Assembly (NCBI GenBank): GCA_965655095.1
Contig: OZ296657.1
Coordinates: 48,298,001-48,362,000, forward strand
DNA from: Haplodiscus bocki
Lineage: Eukaryota
Length of the DNA stretch: 64,000 nt
Direction: 5' to 3'
Below the pieces are notes generated by a model, which saw only the letters and a list, made by a program, of their open reading frames with translations, had not been told where the DNA came from and searched no databases. The position numbers and the translations under genes are program-made. Positions 35,731 through 49,818 of the stretch are shown here, one piece after another. Every line of letters starts with the position of its first letter. The stretch's first letter is position 1.

Positions 35731-38651
35731 CTTAGCAGCAGAAAAAAATACACCAGAAAAAAATAGCAACCCAGGGCGAATAGGACTTCGGAAAACTTTT
35801 GGTATAAACATAGGGTCCCCCTAAACCCTCATTTCATTTTCCCGCGAAATGGGGTAAATGAAATCAAAATGTGCCAGTGTTTACACTTTTATAAGCATTT
35901 TTCCTGAGGAACAAATGAAAAGTTCAAACTTTTATTGATTTGTGCGCTCTCACCGCTACAGTGATGGTTCGTATGGTCCCTCCTGTACTCCTACGCAGCT
36001 TTGGTGCGTTTTGAACAAAACCTTCAGATTTTTTCGAATTGTCTCAAAAATCATCATGTCGGACTAAGTCGCAAAATGTCGCATGAAAAGCGTCAAAAAA
36101 CAACTAGCCGAGAACGGCCAAGTCAACGCTGCCCATAAAGCTCAGAATACTAAGAACGGGAGGGAGCTTTTGATGTCTAAAAACTTTCAACTTTTCGGAC
36201 AGATTTGTTACACGCAATGCGTGTAACGAAAAAATTTTGGGCCAAAAGCCAAAATTTTTTCCACGAAACAAACGATACAGCGTTTCCCAAAACTTTTGGT
36301 GTTTTTCTCTTGAAATTTTATTGGATCACCTAAATAGGGGTGTCACGAAAGTTTTTGGAATTGGCTTTTTCGAAAATCTCACAAACGTTTGATATATGGA
36401 TATCTGCCAGTGCGGAAAAAAATTTCAATTTTAGTAAAGCATTTTGATGGTATTTGGAACGTTCTACTTATGGAAATATGTATGGTACGTACTTATTCTG
36501 TGGGTAGGGTGGGTAAAAATATGCAAGGCTAATAAAAACGTCGTACACAGAGTGAAATCTGTCATCTTGAAAAAAAAAACGAAGTACTACTATGATCGGG
36601 CTTTTTAGTAACTAAAAGCGCCAATTAAAATCCGAGTAACACTATTAACATTATTAAAATTTTCCGAAGCCCAAAAAATCAACACTTCCAACAGGTGTAC
36701 ATGTAGCTTTAAAAATTGTTCCCATTGAAAGGGACCGGAGCTGTCTCGAGGAGTTAATAACACACTTCCTTCTTCATGGCCTTATCTCTCAAAAATAATT
36801 TGCATACAACAAAGCCTCCTTCGCATAATCAACGCCTGACGTTTAAACATTTTCGAGTTTACGCAAATCAAAAATGACACTTCACAGTAGCATTCTGTAG
36901 AATTTCAACGGTGAAGTTTGACCGTACTTATTTCTAAAAAATATGGCTAGCTACATCACTTTTTGAGTAAATACTGATTGGAAGCCCGGCCGACTATTAC
37001 AAAAAACAAAAAAAATCTTGAACTAGCATTTTTTTTCAAAATAGTTTTTCAGAGGGCAAAGTTCATGAACTGTTACATTTATCTTGTTTTAGCTCCAGAG
37101 TGATTCATAAATGTTGGTGTAGTATTTGACTTGCATAACCTCTTGAGAACATCTGGAAAGGAATTTAAAAAAGCCTTCCGGATCATTAAAGCTGTTCATT
37201 TGGAGCGGAATAAGTCATTTCTCAACTCAATTCCGACCCTTCCCAATTACTTTTGATGACCGCCCTCGAACGCCTCTTGATGATTCTCATTATGACACTA
37301 TGACGCACATGCCTGTTCATCAGACGTGGCTGATAATTCACCTAAGAGGTTAGAGAGGGTTTGACAAGAAAAGCTCCTCATTAGCAACTTATACATTCTC
37401 CTAATAAGCTAATCTGAGCAGCAAGAATGACTAGATAGGTAGGTGGCTGATGAATAAGCAGGAGTTAAAAGAAGCGAAAGCCTCAGAAATTAAACCCACG
37501 CGAACTTCTCATTGCTTTCTAGTTCGAATTAAATCTGATAACAACCAAACCGGAAAAATTCCCGCAAAACTCAACTCATTTAATCTTCCTTTTCTTTCCG
37601 TGAGTAGTTGAATCCTCATTAGGAGCTCGATGAACAAATTCGGATACGCAAATTTTTGAAGAATTAGGCTTTTTCGAAGCTAGACTACCGAACAACTAAT
37701 GCTTGATTTTCATCACCATTACCTCAAAAATCTTCGAAAATTCTGGTTCGATCTGGAATCACAAATCTGTACTTGAATAAATATTGATCCCGTTGCAATA
37801 CATTTTTTTCATCAAACAGTTCTAGAATACCCTTCTGACATCAGAAACTTCAAACTACAACTCCATTAACAGCCAAAAATCGAAAAGATCATTCCTAATT
37901 CGAAACACCTGAAGTAATTGCATCGAGAACTAATGGAAAGTTGGGCGCTCAAAATCTTTAAACAAGGCTCGAAAGTCGTAGACTCTGTAACCTGACATTT
38001 CACAGCTCAACAAAAAGACAGCCAGTAACCTAGAGGGCCCTCTGGTCAAGGCCACGCTTGTAACAACCCTAATTAGCGGTTTAGCGAATTAGCAGCGGGT
38101 AGTTGTTGATTTAGCTTTTCAATTTAGCAGTGTGTAATTCTCCTTTGCTACCCAACCCAATCTGAGCAGATTTTGAATAGCAAAATTATTCTGTTGGATG
38201 ACAAAATGGTCGTATTATGACATCTCATCAAATAATTGGTGTATGAGAGCATTTTGACAATTCGAAAAGAATGCATGATTTAATCAGAAGCATATTCCGA
38301 AAAATCTATGCATTTTACCTTTGATGAAACAAGGCGGGAAAGTCTTGGAGACGAAGATATCACTATGACTACTTTCAACATATTAAATTGAATCAGTTAC
38401 GAAAAACCGTTTTGAAGCGATTTAGCGGGTCGAAAATTAGGGGTTTGGTAGTTAGCGGTGTTACAAGCCAGCTAGAGGGTAGGACAAACAGCTTTTAACC
38501 CATATATACGAGTTCGAGATTCGTCAAGATAACTATTCTTTTTAGAACACATCCATTTTTGAATTTGTCTCACCCCTCCACCCTCCAAAATTTTCATGAT
38601 ACTTTTTGTATGCTGTGAGCTGACTTGAGCACTCAGGGTTTTATATCTCTT

Positions 38652-38785
38652 AGTAGTATAGGAAGGAGTGGCTTGGAGCCACTTGAGACTTTTTCCATAT
38701 TAGGACGTGCCATTAGAGCCACTCCTCAATTCAAAGACGTTGCCAACTCCTAGTTTAACCTTATGACAGCTTATGTAGTTTAACT
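38652..38785 (+). repeat. Polinton 1 left TIR (also at 27738-27871)
   Basis: Reverse complement of about 52237-52383; internal repeats gagccact x2 and tagtttaac x2. Confidence 0.9.
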
Positions 38786-38923
38786 TTTTGACATATGTCA
38801 AACATTGAAGTCAAGATTTCGATGTGGTTCAAATATCCAAAGTTATAGCAATACTGATGAAAATTTTCAAGCCTCATCGTATTCTAAATTAACCCCTTAT
38901 TGGAATCCAAAACATACCGAAAC

Positions 38924-41900
38924 GAATCTAAAGAATGACCAAGTTGAAAAAATCAGAGCTCATTTTTCCTCGAAAATTTCAAAAATAACTCAAAAAAATA
39001 GAGGAACATTGAAAAAACATCCACCGATTGAAATAGATTAAATTAGCAAACGCTTCTGCCGGATGGCCAGATCAAAATTTCAATCGATTCAAGTCTCTTT
39101 AAGGATCCGTTTTTTCAGTCACTATTATCAAGCGTAAGGAATAGGACAGGCGAGTGAATACGGCGGACCATTCGAGGAACTCAATCGTTTACTTCAATCG
39201 CCAGGATCCTTGTGACGCCATAGCCAAAGCACAATCACTGAGTTCTATTCGCTCGCTTTTAGTTGGCTCGCGATTTTCACTTGCTGATTAGGTTTTCCAG
39301 TAATGACTTTATAGTTTTGAAGCCGAGACACGGTTCACTAACTCCTTTTGAAATTTGATTCTTTGAAAAATGTACAAGACTAGAATTTACTGCAATTTCA
39401 AAGTTATTTTTAACAAGGAATTTTTAAATGAGCTTACGATACTGAAACGTTGTAAGAATCCCATATTCTTTTTCAATGCTCATCAGCAAAATGGCGAATT
39501 GACGAATGTCAAAACGTTTTTACATCGAAACGCACTTTGTATCAGCATATTAGCCAGAAACACACTAAAGAGCCAATGACACACATTACATCAGCGGAAT
39601 TTCATCTATGGTCATTGCGATCCAAATCTCTTTTCTTCGTTCAACCTTCTTCGCCATATTCGAAATATTCAAAAATTACCTGGAAACTTCAAATGTCATT
39701 CATGTTCAGTTATATTCGGATGCACAGAGTTGACCGACACTCATGATAAACAAATTAATTCACAAGCCTCCCTGTCTGCTACATGCAGACTTTCGAAATC
39801 ACGTTCAGTTTTGTGAGCACCACAAACCGTTGGAAATAAAAAATGCCAAACAACAACAAAAAGCTGACTTTCGAAAACTGGCAGAAAACGCAACTAAATC
39901 CTTTTGTTGTATATGCATATGTAAAGGCAATTGACGTGGCTTCTTACGGTGCTGGTGAAAACAATAATCCAAACACAATCGAAGACGAACGACAAAATCC
40001 TGCTAACTTCGGAGCTATAATGTTTAACTCTAATTGTAAGTACTTTAATAGCTTGTCGAACCCAAAACATGGCTTTTCTGAACTGCTATTTTTGAAATCA
40101 ATTCATGGACTGGTTCATTCGAAGTTTTGCGCGAATTTTGTTTCAGCAATTCCAATGGAGAAACCGGCTTATCATCGAGGAGCAGATTGTATTTCAAAAC
40201 TTCTGCAAACTCTCCGCTCCTGGTTGAAATGTGTGTACAGTGAAAAGCAAACCTTCCGGTGCCTTCAACTTTCTGCGGCTGATCGTCAAAAACAATTATC
40301 ACCAATAACAATCATTTGTTGCATATCTGGAGATTCAGTTAATCAATTGGAGATTCTTATTCATCACCGTCATTTAACTGTTAATTCTTTCGGAGTGGTC
40401 CATTCCTCCTGCAACTTAAAAGCGAGACCAAACAATCTGCCAAAGTTTTTCCAGAATCTTTCACGTTAAAATGCTCATCACATTGTCAAAAATCTGACTC
40501 TTCTGTTCGGTGAAAACTCGTCTGCCGTTTCGCGAATGGACGATGTGTATATTTCTTTTAGCGTTTCTGTTCCTGTCGGATCTTATTATACAAAGAATCA
40601 TAAAAATGTAACAATTACAAACAACCTCAGATTTCTCGATAGTTTCCAGTTCGTGTCTCTAAGTTTAGACTCTGTGGGAAAAACGTTGAAAACTGAGGAC
40701 ATTCTGTTATTGAAGACGTTTTTCCATCAAGACATGCGACAATCGATTTGAAGCTACTTACTCGAAAAGGCTATCTTCGAAAAGGTGATCCTTCACACTC
40801 CTAGTTGAACTCATTCCCAAAGCCCCAAAAACCTTTACCCAATTATGCAGACGACTGGACAAAGACCTTGACAGGCAACATTGACATTTCCGAGGCAGAC
40901 GTTGCCCAAGCCGTCAAAATTACAATTTGTTTGGTTGTCGCAACTTGGGCGTTTACCATGATGTGTAAATACGGACTGATGTTTTAATTCTAGCTAATGT
41001 TTTTGAGAAAGTTCGGCTAGTTTGCATGGAAGTTTACCAACTAGATCCAGTTCATTTCTCAGCCCCCAACCTGAGCTGAGACGAAAGGCTAATTACTACC
41101 AGCGTCGATTCGGGTCTTTCGAGTGATATTGACATGTTGCTGTATCTAGAGAGAGGAATTCGTGAAGGTATTAACGGAATTGATGAGCTACGCCCTCTCC
41201 AAGCTAACAATAGAGATTTGGATGACTTTGGTTAACCATAGGGCGAATGTTTACGGTGCGTTTTTTGACGTCACTTTTCTTTATGCCGGTACCACGCAAC
41301 AGACTCTACCTGTGGAGAGTTATGACAGGAATGAAACAAACACATTGAGAGAAATCCTGGCTAGCAGTGAAGATTCGGTTGTTGGATTTTTTGCAGAAGT
41401 CAATATCACCTATCCATCTTCTTTGGATGAGTCTCACAATGTTTTGCCTCTGGCACCCGAAAAGTTATTGATTCAAAAGTCATGGTTGTTTCCCTACGCA
41501 CAATCTTTCAATGTCAAATTAGCAAGTGACGGTCGAGAAAAGCTACTTGAGAGATTGTTGGATAAAAATCGTTAAGTTTGTCGTTACCAAAATCTTAAAT
41601 TTCATGTCACTCCTGATCTCAAAGTTCAAAAACTTCATCGTGTCATTCAGTTTCGACAAAGCGAATGGCTGGGTGATTACAGTTCAAAAAACTGATATGG
41701 GGAAGCAAGCAACCAATGATTTCGAGAAAAATTTCATTAAATTAATGAGCACTGCTTGTTTCGAAAACTATGAAAAACTTGCGAAATCGCAGACAAACTC
41801 TATTCGTTAACAACGAAAAACCAGCTGAGAAATCGTGGTTAAAACCTACGTTTAAACCTTATCAAATTAATCATAATGGGTCAGTTTCCCTTTTTTTGCC

Positions 41901-42474
41901 ACGAGCAAGATTGTTTGGTCGAAACATAGCCCTGTGGGAGCTTGCATACTTGATTTGTCCAAACGGAGCCTCTACAAATTTGACTACGATTGAATGAAAC
42001 CACGTTTTGGTGACAAAATAAAAGTATGTTACGAAGACACGGATTCCCTTTTGTAAAGAGTCGAGACTGAAGATCTACACCCAGAAATGGTCACCTTCAA
42101 GCATTTCCTGAATTTGTCAAATCATCCCGAAGAGCATTTTCTACATGAGAAAACGAATAAAAAGGTTCCGCTCACGATGACAGATGAAGTGCAGGGGAAA
42201 TAATAGGTGAATTTGTTTGCTTCCGATTGAGACTGTAGTATTCAAATTGAAGGCAGTGTCAAATAGGGTGCCAAAGCAGTACAAAAAAGTGTCAAATAGA
42301 CCCTGAATCACGAAATGTTCAAGTTGTGTTGGCTGAACAAAGGAAAAGTGAAAAGGTTTATGACCCCACTTAGATCTAAAAACCATCAAATTGTCGTCAT
42401 CCGTATGCACAAAATTGCCCTGAAAAGTTATGATGACAAACGACATCTAATCATGATGGCATCCATTCACTCGC
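38924..42474 (+). pseudogene. Protein-primed DNA polymerase B (copy 2)
   Basis: Same motifs as 28010-31560. Confidence 0.93.
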
Positions 42475-43213
42475 ACAGGGACACTACAAAAATAAGGGAG
42501 AGCTATGCAGCAATGGTTAATCTTTTTTCCATTTTAACTGTGACACAACGTTCACATTTCAAAACTCTTTATTCGTGTTTCTCAGAATCTGAAGTTTCCT
42601 CGCTGTTCGGCCACAGCGACAACGAAAGTGAACATGGAAGTTCCTGCTACTTAAAAAATATTCTAAGTGACACAGATATAGATGACAGCCAACGCGTAAC
42701 TCCGGCAACTTTACACTCTTTCCTGCAACATCACGAAAGCTTTTGTTAGAAAGCTTGAATGGCTTTTTTCCAATATTGGGTTTTTCATTTTTCTGGAAAT
42801 CAAAAAGCCGTGAATTTCAGCGCCTCCGGATCCCGGTTCACATCAACCTCACTATACAGACATCGATACGGATGAGCATTGGATTGATTGGGACAGTTTT
42901 AATGAAAAAGTGGCAGAAGCTGAACATGTTGAAACCAGCAATACGTGTGCCTTCATACACTGCGAGTCTATTGATGATGATGTTGATGAAAATTCCCGTG
43001 ACAGTGATAGTAAGGATGATATCTCAGCGTCCGCCAAAAACAGATGTGAGCTTGTTCTCTATAGTGATAGCAGTGATACTGACAATGGAAACTAAGTATG
43101 AAAATTCATTCATAGTAATTACTCTGCATATAACAAACCTTATATCCAAAATTACATTTACAGTCTATATTGAAATAACGAACAATGTCAATCTCCGAAA
43201 CACTTGGTAGATG

Positions 43214-43747
43214 GAAAAGAGAACGGTTGGTGAATATTGCATTTTTGATGGGAAGCTTTTCCTTCCTTTACAAAACAAAGTAGAGACGTTTTCAGCAAAA
43301 TGAATTTCATTTAGACAGTGGGTCATAAACAAATACTACAGTCTGCATAGGTTAGAACTAGGGTTTTGCAAAGGAAAAGTTATCTCAAATGTACTGATCG
43401 TTTCCGATAAGAGGGCAGGCTTTAGCTTTGTTCTCATCTAAAAATTTTGATAAGTTCACCTAGAGGATCCCACAGGAAAATCATTATTATTGCATCACTC
43501 GACAATAGAGCCTGCTTTTCTGAAGGATTAATTAAAATGTATGACATCAGAAACCAATGCTCTCCCGCTTGTCTGGGCTGCACAGCTTACAATTTGATAA
43601 ACACTTCTGGCCAGTTGCAACAGCAGAGTCAAGTATTTTCTCAAAATCTCGACCTGAAAAAAAGTTGTCAAACGAAGCCACACCAATAAATTCTTTGGAA
43701 AGAATGTGACAGTTATCCGCCAATTGAATTAAGGTGGAATTATCCAT
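43214..43747 (-). pseudogene. Adenain-like cysteine protease (copy 2)
   Basis: Same as 32300-32833. Confidence 0.8.
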
Positions 43748-43753
43748 TGACTG

Positions 43754-45033
43754 AAGGCAAACTCTTGAAAATTTTCGAGAATGGTGAATAAAAAACTGAC
43801 TCAATCCTTCTCCAATTAGAAATATTTCGACTGCCTCAGGTAAAGCTTTGCTGAAAGATAATTTCAATGTTATTCCTGCTCCCGTCATTTCGGAAAGAAG
43901 TGTGAAATTCTCAGTAGGTTCTCGTGTTGATGTTAGGTCGAATACTAGGTACAAATGGTAATCCTGAGAGCCATCCAAGGTAATACCGTTGCCACCACGT
44001 TCGAATCCCAAAGCTGTTATGGTATTGTAAAACAGTCGTGCGTCGTTTGATGTGTCCAATGGCGTCCCTGCAGTAAATCAACCTTTTGCAAAACAAATTT
44101 ATGATAACTAAAGGGCGTTTAGGCTGTCGCTGATCTGCAGAAATAACAATTCCGAACCATGCACAATGTTGAAAGACGAATGGCTTCAGTGCCAGAAATG
44201 TTTTCTTTCACACAGCAATTCTATTCCGGATTCTACTGAAAAGCTTTTTGTTGAGCTTTCTATGTACGGATAAACCGAAAAATTCTTTGTAAGCGCCCGT
44301 TCAACCTTAAGTTCGACGGTATCCGACAAGACAATCTTGTTTTAAAAAAAGACGTCTTCTCAATCACCACTACGGGCGGATTTTGATCAAGACTTTTGAC
44401 TGCATCCGCATCCAAATCGGTCAATGTTTCCAATGCGCAGTGATTGATCGATCGATAAAAGCGCAAGTGAAGTGTCACGCCTGGCAGTAGCGACCGCTCG
44501 CAATCCAGGAAGTCAACATGTGGAGCTCCATAGAAGTGAAGTGAGCAGGTACCATTATCAGCAAATTTTTGACGATTTCATCTTTCACTTCTTTTTTTGT
44601 ATGGTCGATAAGGGTAACCCTGGCAAACAATCCATGTCCTTCTGCTAGCTGAGTCTGTTGGTAATTCTGTTTCGACAAATGCGACGTGATGGTAGTTGTT
44701 GGTATTGGATATCAATTTGCCATTCAGAAACAATTCAACATGTGAAAACAAAGAGCGTAACGTATTGTTGGAAAAAAATACTTGCAGCATCTTTTCTATC
44801 TGGGTTGTATAAATTTACGTCCGATCCAGTTTTTATGGTATGATGAGACAAAAAATGAAGCTGAGGCCCTCTGCAACCTACATGGGGAAGGACTTCTTGA
44901 CCGGAAGATCCTTCGTAATTTATCAGTACGAACGGTCCTTCAAAAAAACTAGAGCGCTGTGGGTTACGGCACTTGCAGTTTCACTTGAGCTTTCGTGGAA
45001 AATGAGGTTTTGGTTGCTTTTGCTGGTATTCAT
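43754..45033 (-). pseudogene. Major capsid protein (copy 2)
   Basis: Same as 32840-34120. Confidence 0.85.
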
Positions 45034-45292
45034 CACTCCTTCCTTCGTTATCTGCTGCTTCCTAATCAGGTTCTTCAATAGTTGTTGAAGGCTACACCAG
45101 AGAGCAGATCGAACCAATTTCTCAAAGCAGACTTTTTCCGATTAATGGCTTCTTTCAGTTCATTGTCCAGGGTTCGCTGCCCAGACGCAAGCCCTCTCCC
45201 CGAGCGACGCCTTCCTGCTATCCGTCCCGCGGCAATCGGTCGCACAATCTCAGATTCACTTGCAATTGGTTTCTTTGATGTATATGCGCGAG

Positions 45293-45633
45293 CATAAACC
45301 CTTTCTGAAAAGTCGGCGCCGGAGGTGGTCGAAGCAGTGGCTTTCGAAGCACCTTTTTTTCGACGTTTCTCCCAGCCCTGCTTTTGGTCTTTCGTTAATC
45401 GAGATGACGAGAGATTTCCGGCAAAAATGCAGATAATAAGTTCTTTCCAAATTCATTGGCCACACGCATCACGTACTGTTTTACTAGGTATCGCCACGTG
45501 GCGCATACGCAGGGCGAATGCACGCAATCCTCCAGATCCACACTGGTGCGAAGTCCCGCGAAAAGCGATTGCATTGGGACTTCGAATCGTTTTAGCGGGA
45601 TTTGATTGGCAAACTGAGTATCCATCAATCTGT
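45293..45633 (-). pseudogene. Small conserved Polinton protein with QxGxG motif and amphipathic helix (copy 1 at about 34380-34720)
   Basis: HQCGSGGLRAFALRMRHVAIP / KQYVMRVANEFGKNLL, located between penton and MCP as is usual in Polintons. Confidence 0.55.
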
Positions 45634-45909
45634 CTCGTTCTATTTATCTCCGTGTCTCTTTTGCCAACGGCCAAGGTAAAAAAGATGTTCTTTGTGGCTA
45701 ACTCTTGTTACAGGTTGCGACTGTTCAAATCTTGTTGCTGTTAGCTGGATGGATGGAATGAAGCTGCCTACAAAAGATCACAACTGCTTCATCTAACCTC
45801 CAATTTAGAGAATGAGGAAAGAGACAATGTTTAGAAATAAGTACGCTGGGGCTAGAAAGCATGACGACAACAAACACAATGAAAACAGAAATCGTGGGCT
45901 GTCGCTGAG

Positions 45910-46891
45910 GAATTAATTTTGTTTGTCTAAAACGCAAAATCAGGTTTGTTCTTCCACGAATTGGAATGCGACCGCCTGTTTCATTTCGGAGAGCAATGGT
46001 TGTTGAATGAAATGCAGACTTGATCACTCAACGCCATCGAAATCTAGTGAACGTTCGATGTCTTTTGTTGTCAGCAACTGGTACCGCTCTGAAAAAAGCT
46101 GTTTGTGTAACTCCGAGTATTTCGTTTTGAACCAAATCACAGTAAACAAACATAGTGTGACATCCTGCTGTTAGATCAAAAGGATGGTTACCACTTTGCT
46201 CGGTCGTTTCGCCGCGTCCTTCCACTTTCAGTTTTACAATGTCGCGGAACTCCCAAACCATGACTTCCTTCAGTGTGTTTGTGATCAACATTTGTTCGGC
46301 TGCAGTCGATTAAGTACTCCAAACCGAGTGTTTTTCAGAGCTTGGGAAACAGCTTTGAGTCGGATTTTTTCTCTTCACTCGAACTCATGCTGAGCTTGAG
46401 GTACAGCAACTGGGATGCTTCGCAAATGTCCCAGCTCAGTGGTAATTGGATGATATTTCATCCAACACTGCTGCAGATGTTGTGGCACATGGATTGGAGG
46501 ACAGAGTTGACCAAACTGTAACAGCCTTTCGCTATGCAGAAAAACCGGCAAAATTTCTTCTTCACGCGCAGAACTTGTCCGTTTGAGAAGGTTTCTAGGA
46601 ACATTTATGGAAATCCTTGCCCTACCAAAACGCGGCCGCTCAACATATGTTTCTTGTATTGACATAGCACTGTTTTCTTCGTCTCGATTAAGTTGATAAC
46701 TGAACAGACGTTCTGTCCCGTTTTCAATCGAACCGTGCCATGACAACTTCACCAAGGCAACCTCCCATGTACCGTGGAGGACCAGTGATTGTGGCAGTAA
46801 AGTTGTGAATTTAGACGGCGTGTTATCGGGGAAACGATTACATGGAAGCGTTAGAGACCAAGTTAAATTTGAAGCTTTGCTGTTGACTCAT
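45910..46891 (-). pseudogene. Polinton penton / minor capsid protein (PX)
   Basis: FNLVSNASM/FPDNTPSKFTTLLPQSLVLHGTWEVALVKLSW, MFVYCDLVQNEILG...FRAVP, IALRNETGGRIP..GRTNLILRFR. Confidence 0.88.
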
Positions 46892-46899
46892 CCTTCCAC

Positions 46900-47900
46900 T
46901 TTATAACGATTTGTAGATGCTCCGCCCGTTGTCTCTCTCGAACCATACTAGCTCACTCTCGTAGACTATTACTTGAATCAACTGACTATTGCGATCTCAG
47001 AGAATAAGTTGGGGGATTGAGTGTTTTCACTGCTGCAATCTGGAATACCTCCTCAGTGAATTGGATGCGATATCCACGATGAAATAGATCAAGTTTGCAC
47101 CGAATGCGAACATTTTGTCCGAGTCTGAGTTTTGGGTTTTTGAGGGCGTTGCAATTTTGTAAGGATAGTACAAACGATTCGTCAGAGTTGTTCACTTGGC
47201 TTGACGGCAGCTTGGTGACACGGTTGACTCTAGAAATGACTATGTTAACAAATGCTTGCAATTGATCATATTACACTTCAGAGTTGTTTTCGTGAAGATC
47301 TGTGAAAATTAGAGCTTCGATTGGTCTAATGTTCCTTTCAGCAAACATATGGTTTCACTACAACTCGAAGAGGAATTTCCGATTGTTGACAAACTCACGT
47401 GCAAACTCGCAGCCGTTATCTACCCAAATCTTTCGCGCGTTTGACGATAAATTCCTCGATATACGGCAGAACCGAGGTTGGAAAGTAGGTGGACCGCGTT
47501 TATTGCCCTCAATGACGTCAATCAAAGCTGGTCGACATACTGCTGCTGTTTTTCGATGAAGTGGAACAACTCACAGGAATTGGCTGAGTGTATGCACTGC
47601 AACGAAAAGAAAAGCTATTCCTTGATTGCAATTCGAGAGCTGCTGCATATCAACCAAGTCAACTGACCAGATTTCATTGAGTCGGTAACTTTGACTTTTT
47701 ATTCTGGTGAAGTTTCTGCGACCTTGTTAAAATCTTCTGTATGTTTCACTTCTTCGTAGGAAACTGTCAACCTGTTTGAAGGTGCAATTTGACTCCTTCT
47801 TTACGGAACTCCTACTTACTTCCAAAAGATGCAGGATTTTGACAAGACATGTATATGTGAGGTAGGTTACCGTATGCAATCGTTGCTTGAGTCGCTGGAA
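46900..47900 (-). pseudogene. Polinton retroviral-like integrase
   Basis: NEIWSVDLVDMQQL, IWVDNGCEF, GQNVRI..FHRGYRIQFTEEVFQI..V....PPTYSL, YESEL. Confidence 0.9.
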
Positions 47901-49189
47901 CCAAACGACGCGCTCTTGAACACTTTGAACACAAGAAATTCTCTTCTCTATTTCGCGCACTCGGTTACAAGTATCGAGCCACTACATTTGTAATGAACCC
48001 ACCGCAAACATTTCACCAAACGGAGGGTTTTTAACACGAACCTTTCCAGGGAGGTTTTTGGCAGTTGTCACAATTGTATTTTTTGCATCTTGAACGTGCC
48101 TTTCAACGTTTAACCAAGATTAACCAAAACTGCCGGTTCGTGGGATGATTTTGAGACTTGTGGTTGTTTATTTTAGAATATGCGAAGCCATTTGGCGTGT
48201 TCATTTGTGACACTGTGATAAGATTCGAACGGGCGTTTATCGTCTTCGTTTGAGTTACTTTTCATTTCTGATACCACTTTTTTGAGAAAGTGTTTGCGAG
48301 AAGATATTCTGGTAAACGCAAAACCTCTCACCAAGTCCAGGTTTAAATCGTCATCTTTTTAGTAGGTATTTGAATATCGGAAATAAAATCCAGAACTGCC
48401 AATCCTGTGTCTGTGTCATGTAGGTAGACTCTCCCAAAAATATTGTTGCTAAACATGCTCACTTTTGTTGATTTTTCTAAGGACTTGTCCGTCTCGCTCG
48501 ACCTTGTCACCACTCAATCCGCAAGACAAAAGGTCTAGAATAGCAATTTCCGACTTCACATCTGTCGCTGCGGCCTCGGTTCATTTGGCGTCAGAGACAG
48601 TGCTTGTTGCTTTGCTGAACCTTGTTTTCAAATTAATTTGCGCACTTTCTGATGCTGTTGCAAAGTCTTGAGGAGTACCGATTGAGTTTTGCAGATAACC
48701 TTTTGCACAAGTTTCCGTACTCCTAGTTCTAGTGTGATTGGGGTTGACGAAAATGTGGTTGTCATTTGAGATTTTGCCTGCCACAAGCGATGACTAATCG
48801 TCGAAAGTTATAAGGATAAATTCTATTGTCCCACCGCTCGATACCAGTGCGTCATTGTGAATGCTGTGGAAATGAAGGTTGTATCAACGCTAGCAGTTTC
48901 AATCCTTGGCTTGATTACAAAATTACCTGCTGTCGCATGAATCCCACCTCCTTCTTAAATAAAATTTCTAATATTCTTCTGTGCCTAAGTTTTTCCTTGG
49001 AAACAAGCAGCCGTTGCAATATGCACACTGACAAGTTCGAAAAGACAGTTACAGAAAAATTTTACATTATCGTTGGAAAAACATAAAAGATATAAGCGCC
49101 TAACAGTTGGTTTCATCTTTACAAATTCAAACATAAAAACTTCTTGTTGACTCATTGGTCAAATTTTCTTTGGTGTTGCTTGATGATAC

Positions 49190-49818
49190 AAAAAAACTGA
49201 TGGTCCAGTTCCTGTTTAGTTGGAGCAGAATTTTAGTTTAGCATCCGTGTGAGAACCTAAGTCAATCATCAAATGACCGAAAAGGGTCTGTGCTGCCCTT
49301 TTACATGCCTCGATTAGTAGTTGTCGATCTACCATCTGTCGACCGAGCACACCTATCTGTTCCAGGTCACGGGGAATCCTGAACGAAATCAACTCTGCAA
49401 AATTCAATTGTCTTTGAATGCTTTGATTATTAAAAAAGATTGTGCTTCAGTGCTATCAAATCGACATTTCGATGTCTTCCCGCAATTACCAAGTTCAAAA
49501 AGTATTCATCTTCGCAGACTCGTTGATACAAATCTCCAAAAACAACAAGTGTTCTCATTTTTCGAGCTTCACATTTTTCAACTGCTGGCCAATTAAGGCC
49601 CCGATGAAACACGATAGAACGTTTCTCCCATAGTTCAACAAGACGGTGTCGAAATTTTTCTGGTAATGATTATATAGGTAAACAAGTCTATCAGAACATG
49701 GTTGGAAAATTCTGCATTGATTCTTCAATATTATCGATACTAATTGCGTTTTGCCGCTCCCGCACGGTCTTAAAATTAGAAGGAAGCAATGAGGGTCGGT
49801 GCTAATGCGCTCACTCAT
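49190..49818 (-). pseudogene. A32/FtsK-like genome-packaging ATPase
   Basis: Walker A RPCGSGKT, Walker B LVVFGDL, AGRHRNV..LKHNLF, FRIPRDLEQI..LGRQ, FGHLMIDL. Confidence 0.9.

Larger units (their letters stand above)
35486..46385. repeat. Tandem segmental duplication, copy 2
   Basis: See copy 1; the copies are separated by a 13-bp insert, tgtgctatatgct, at 35473-35485. Confidence 0.97.
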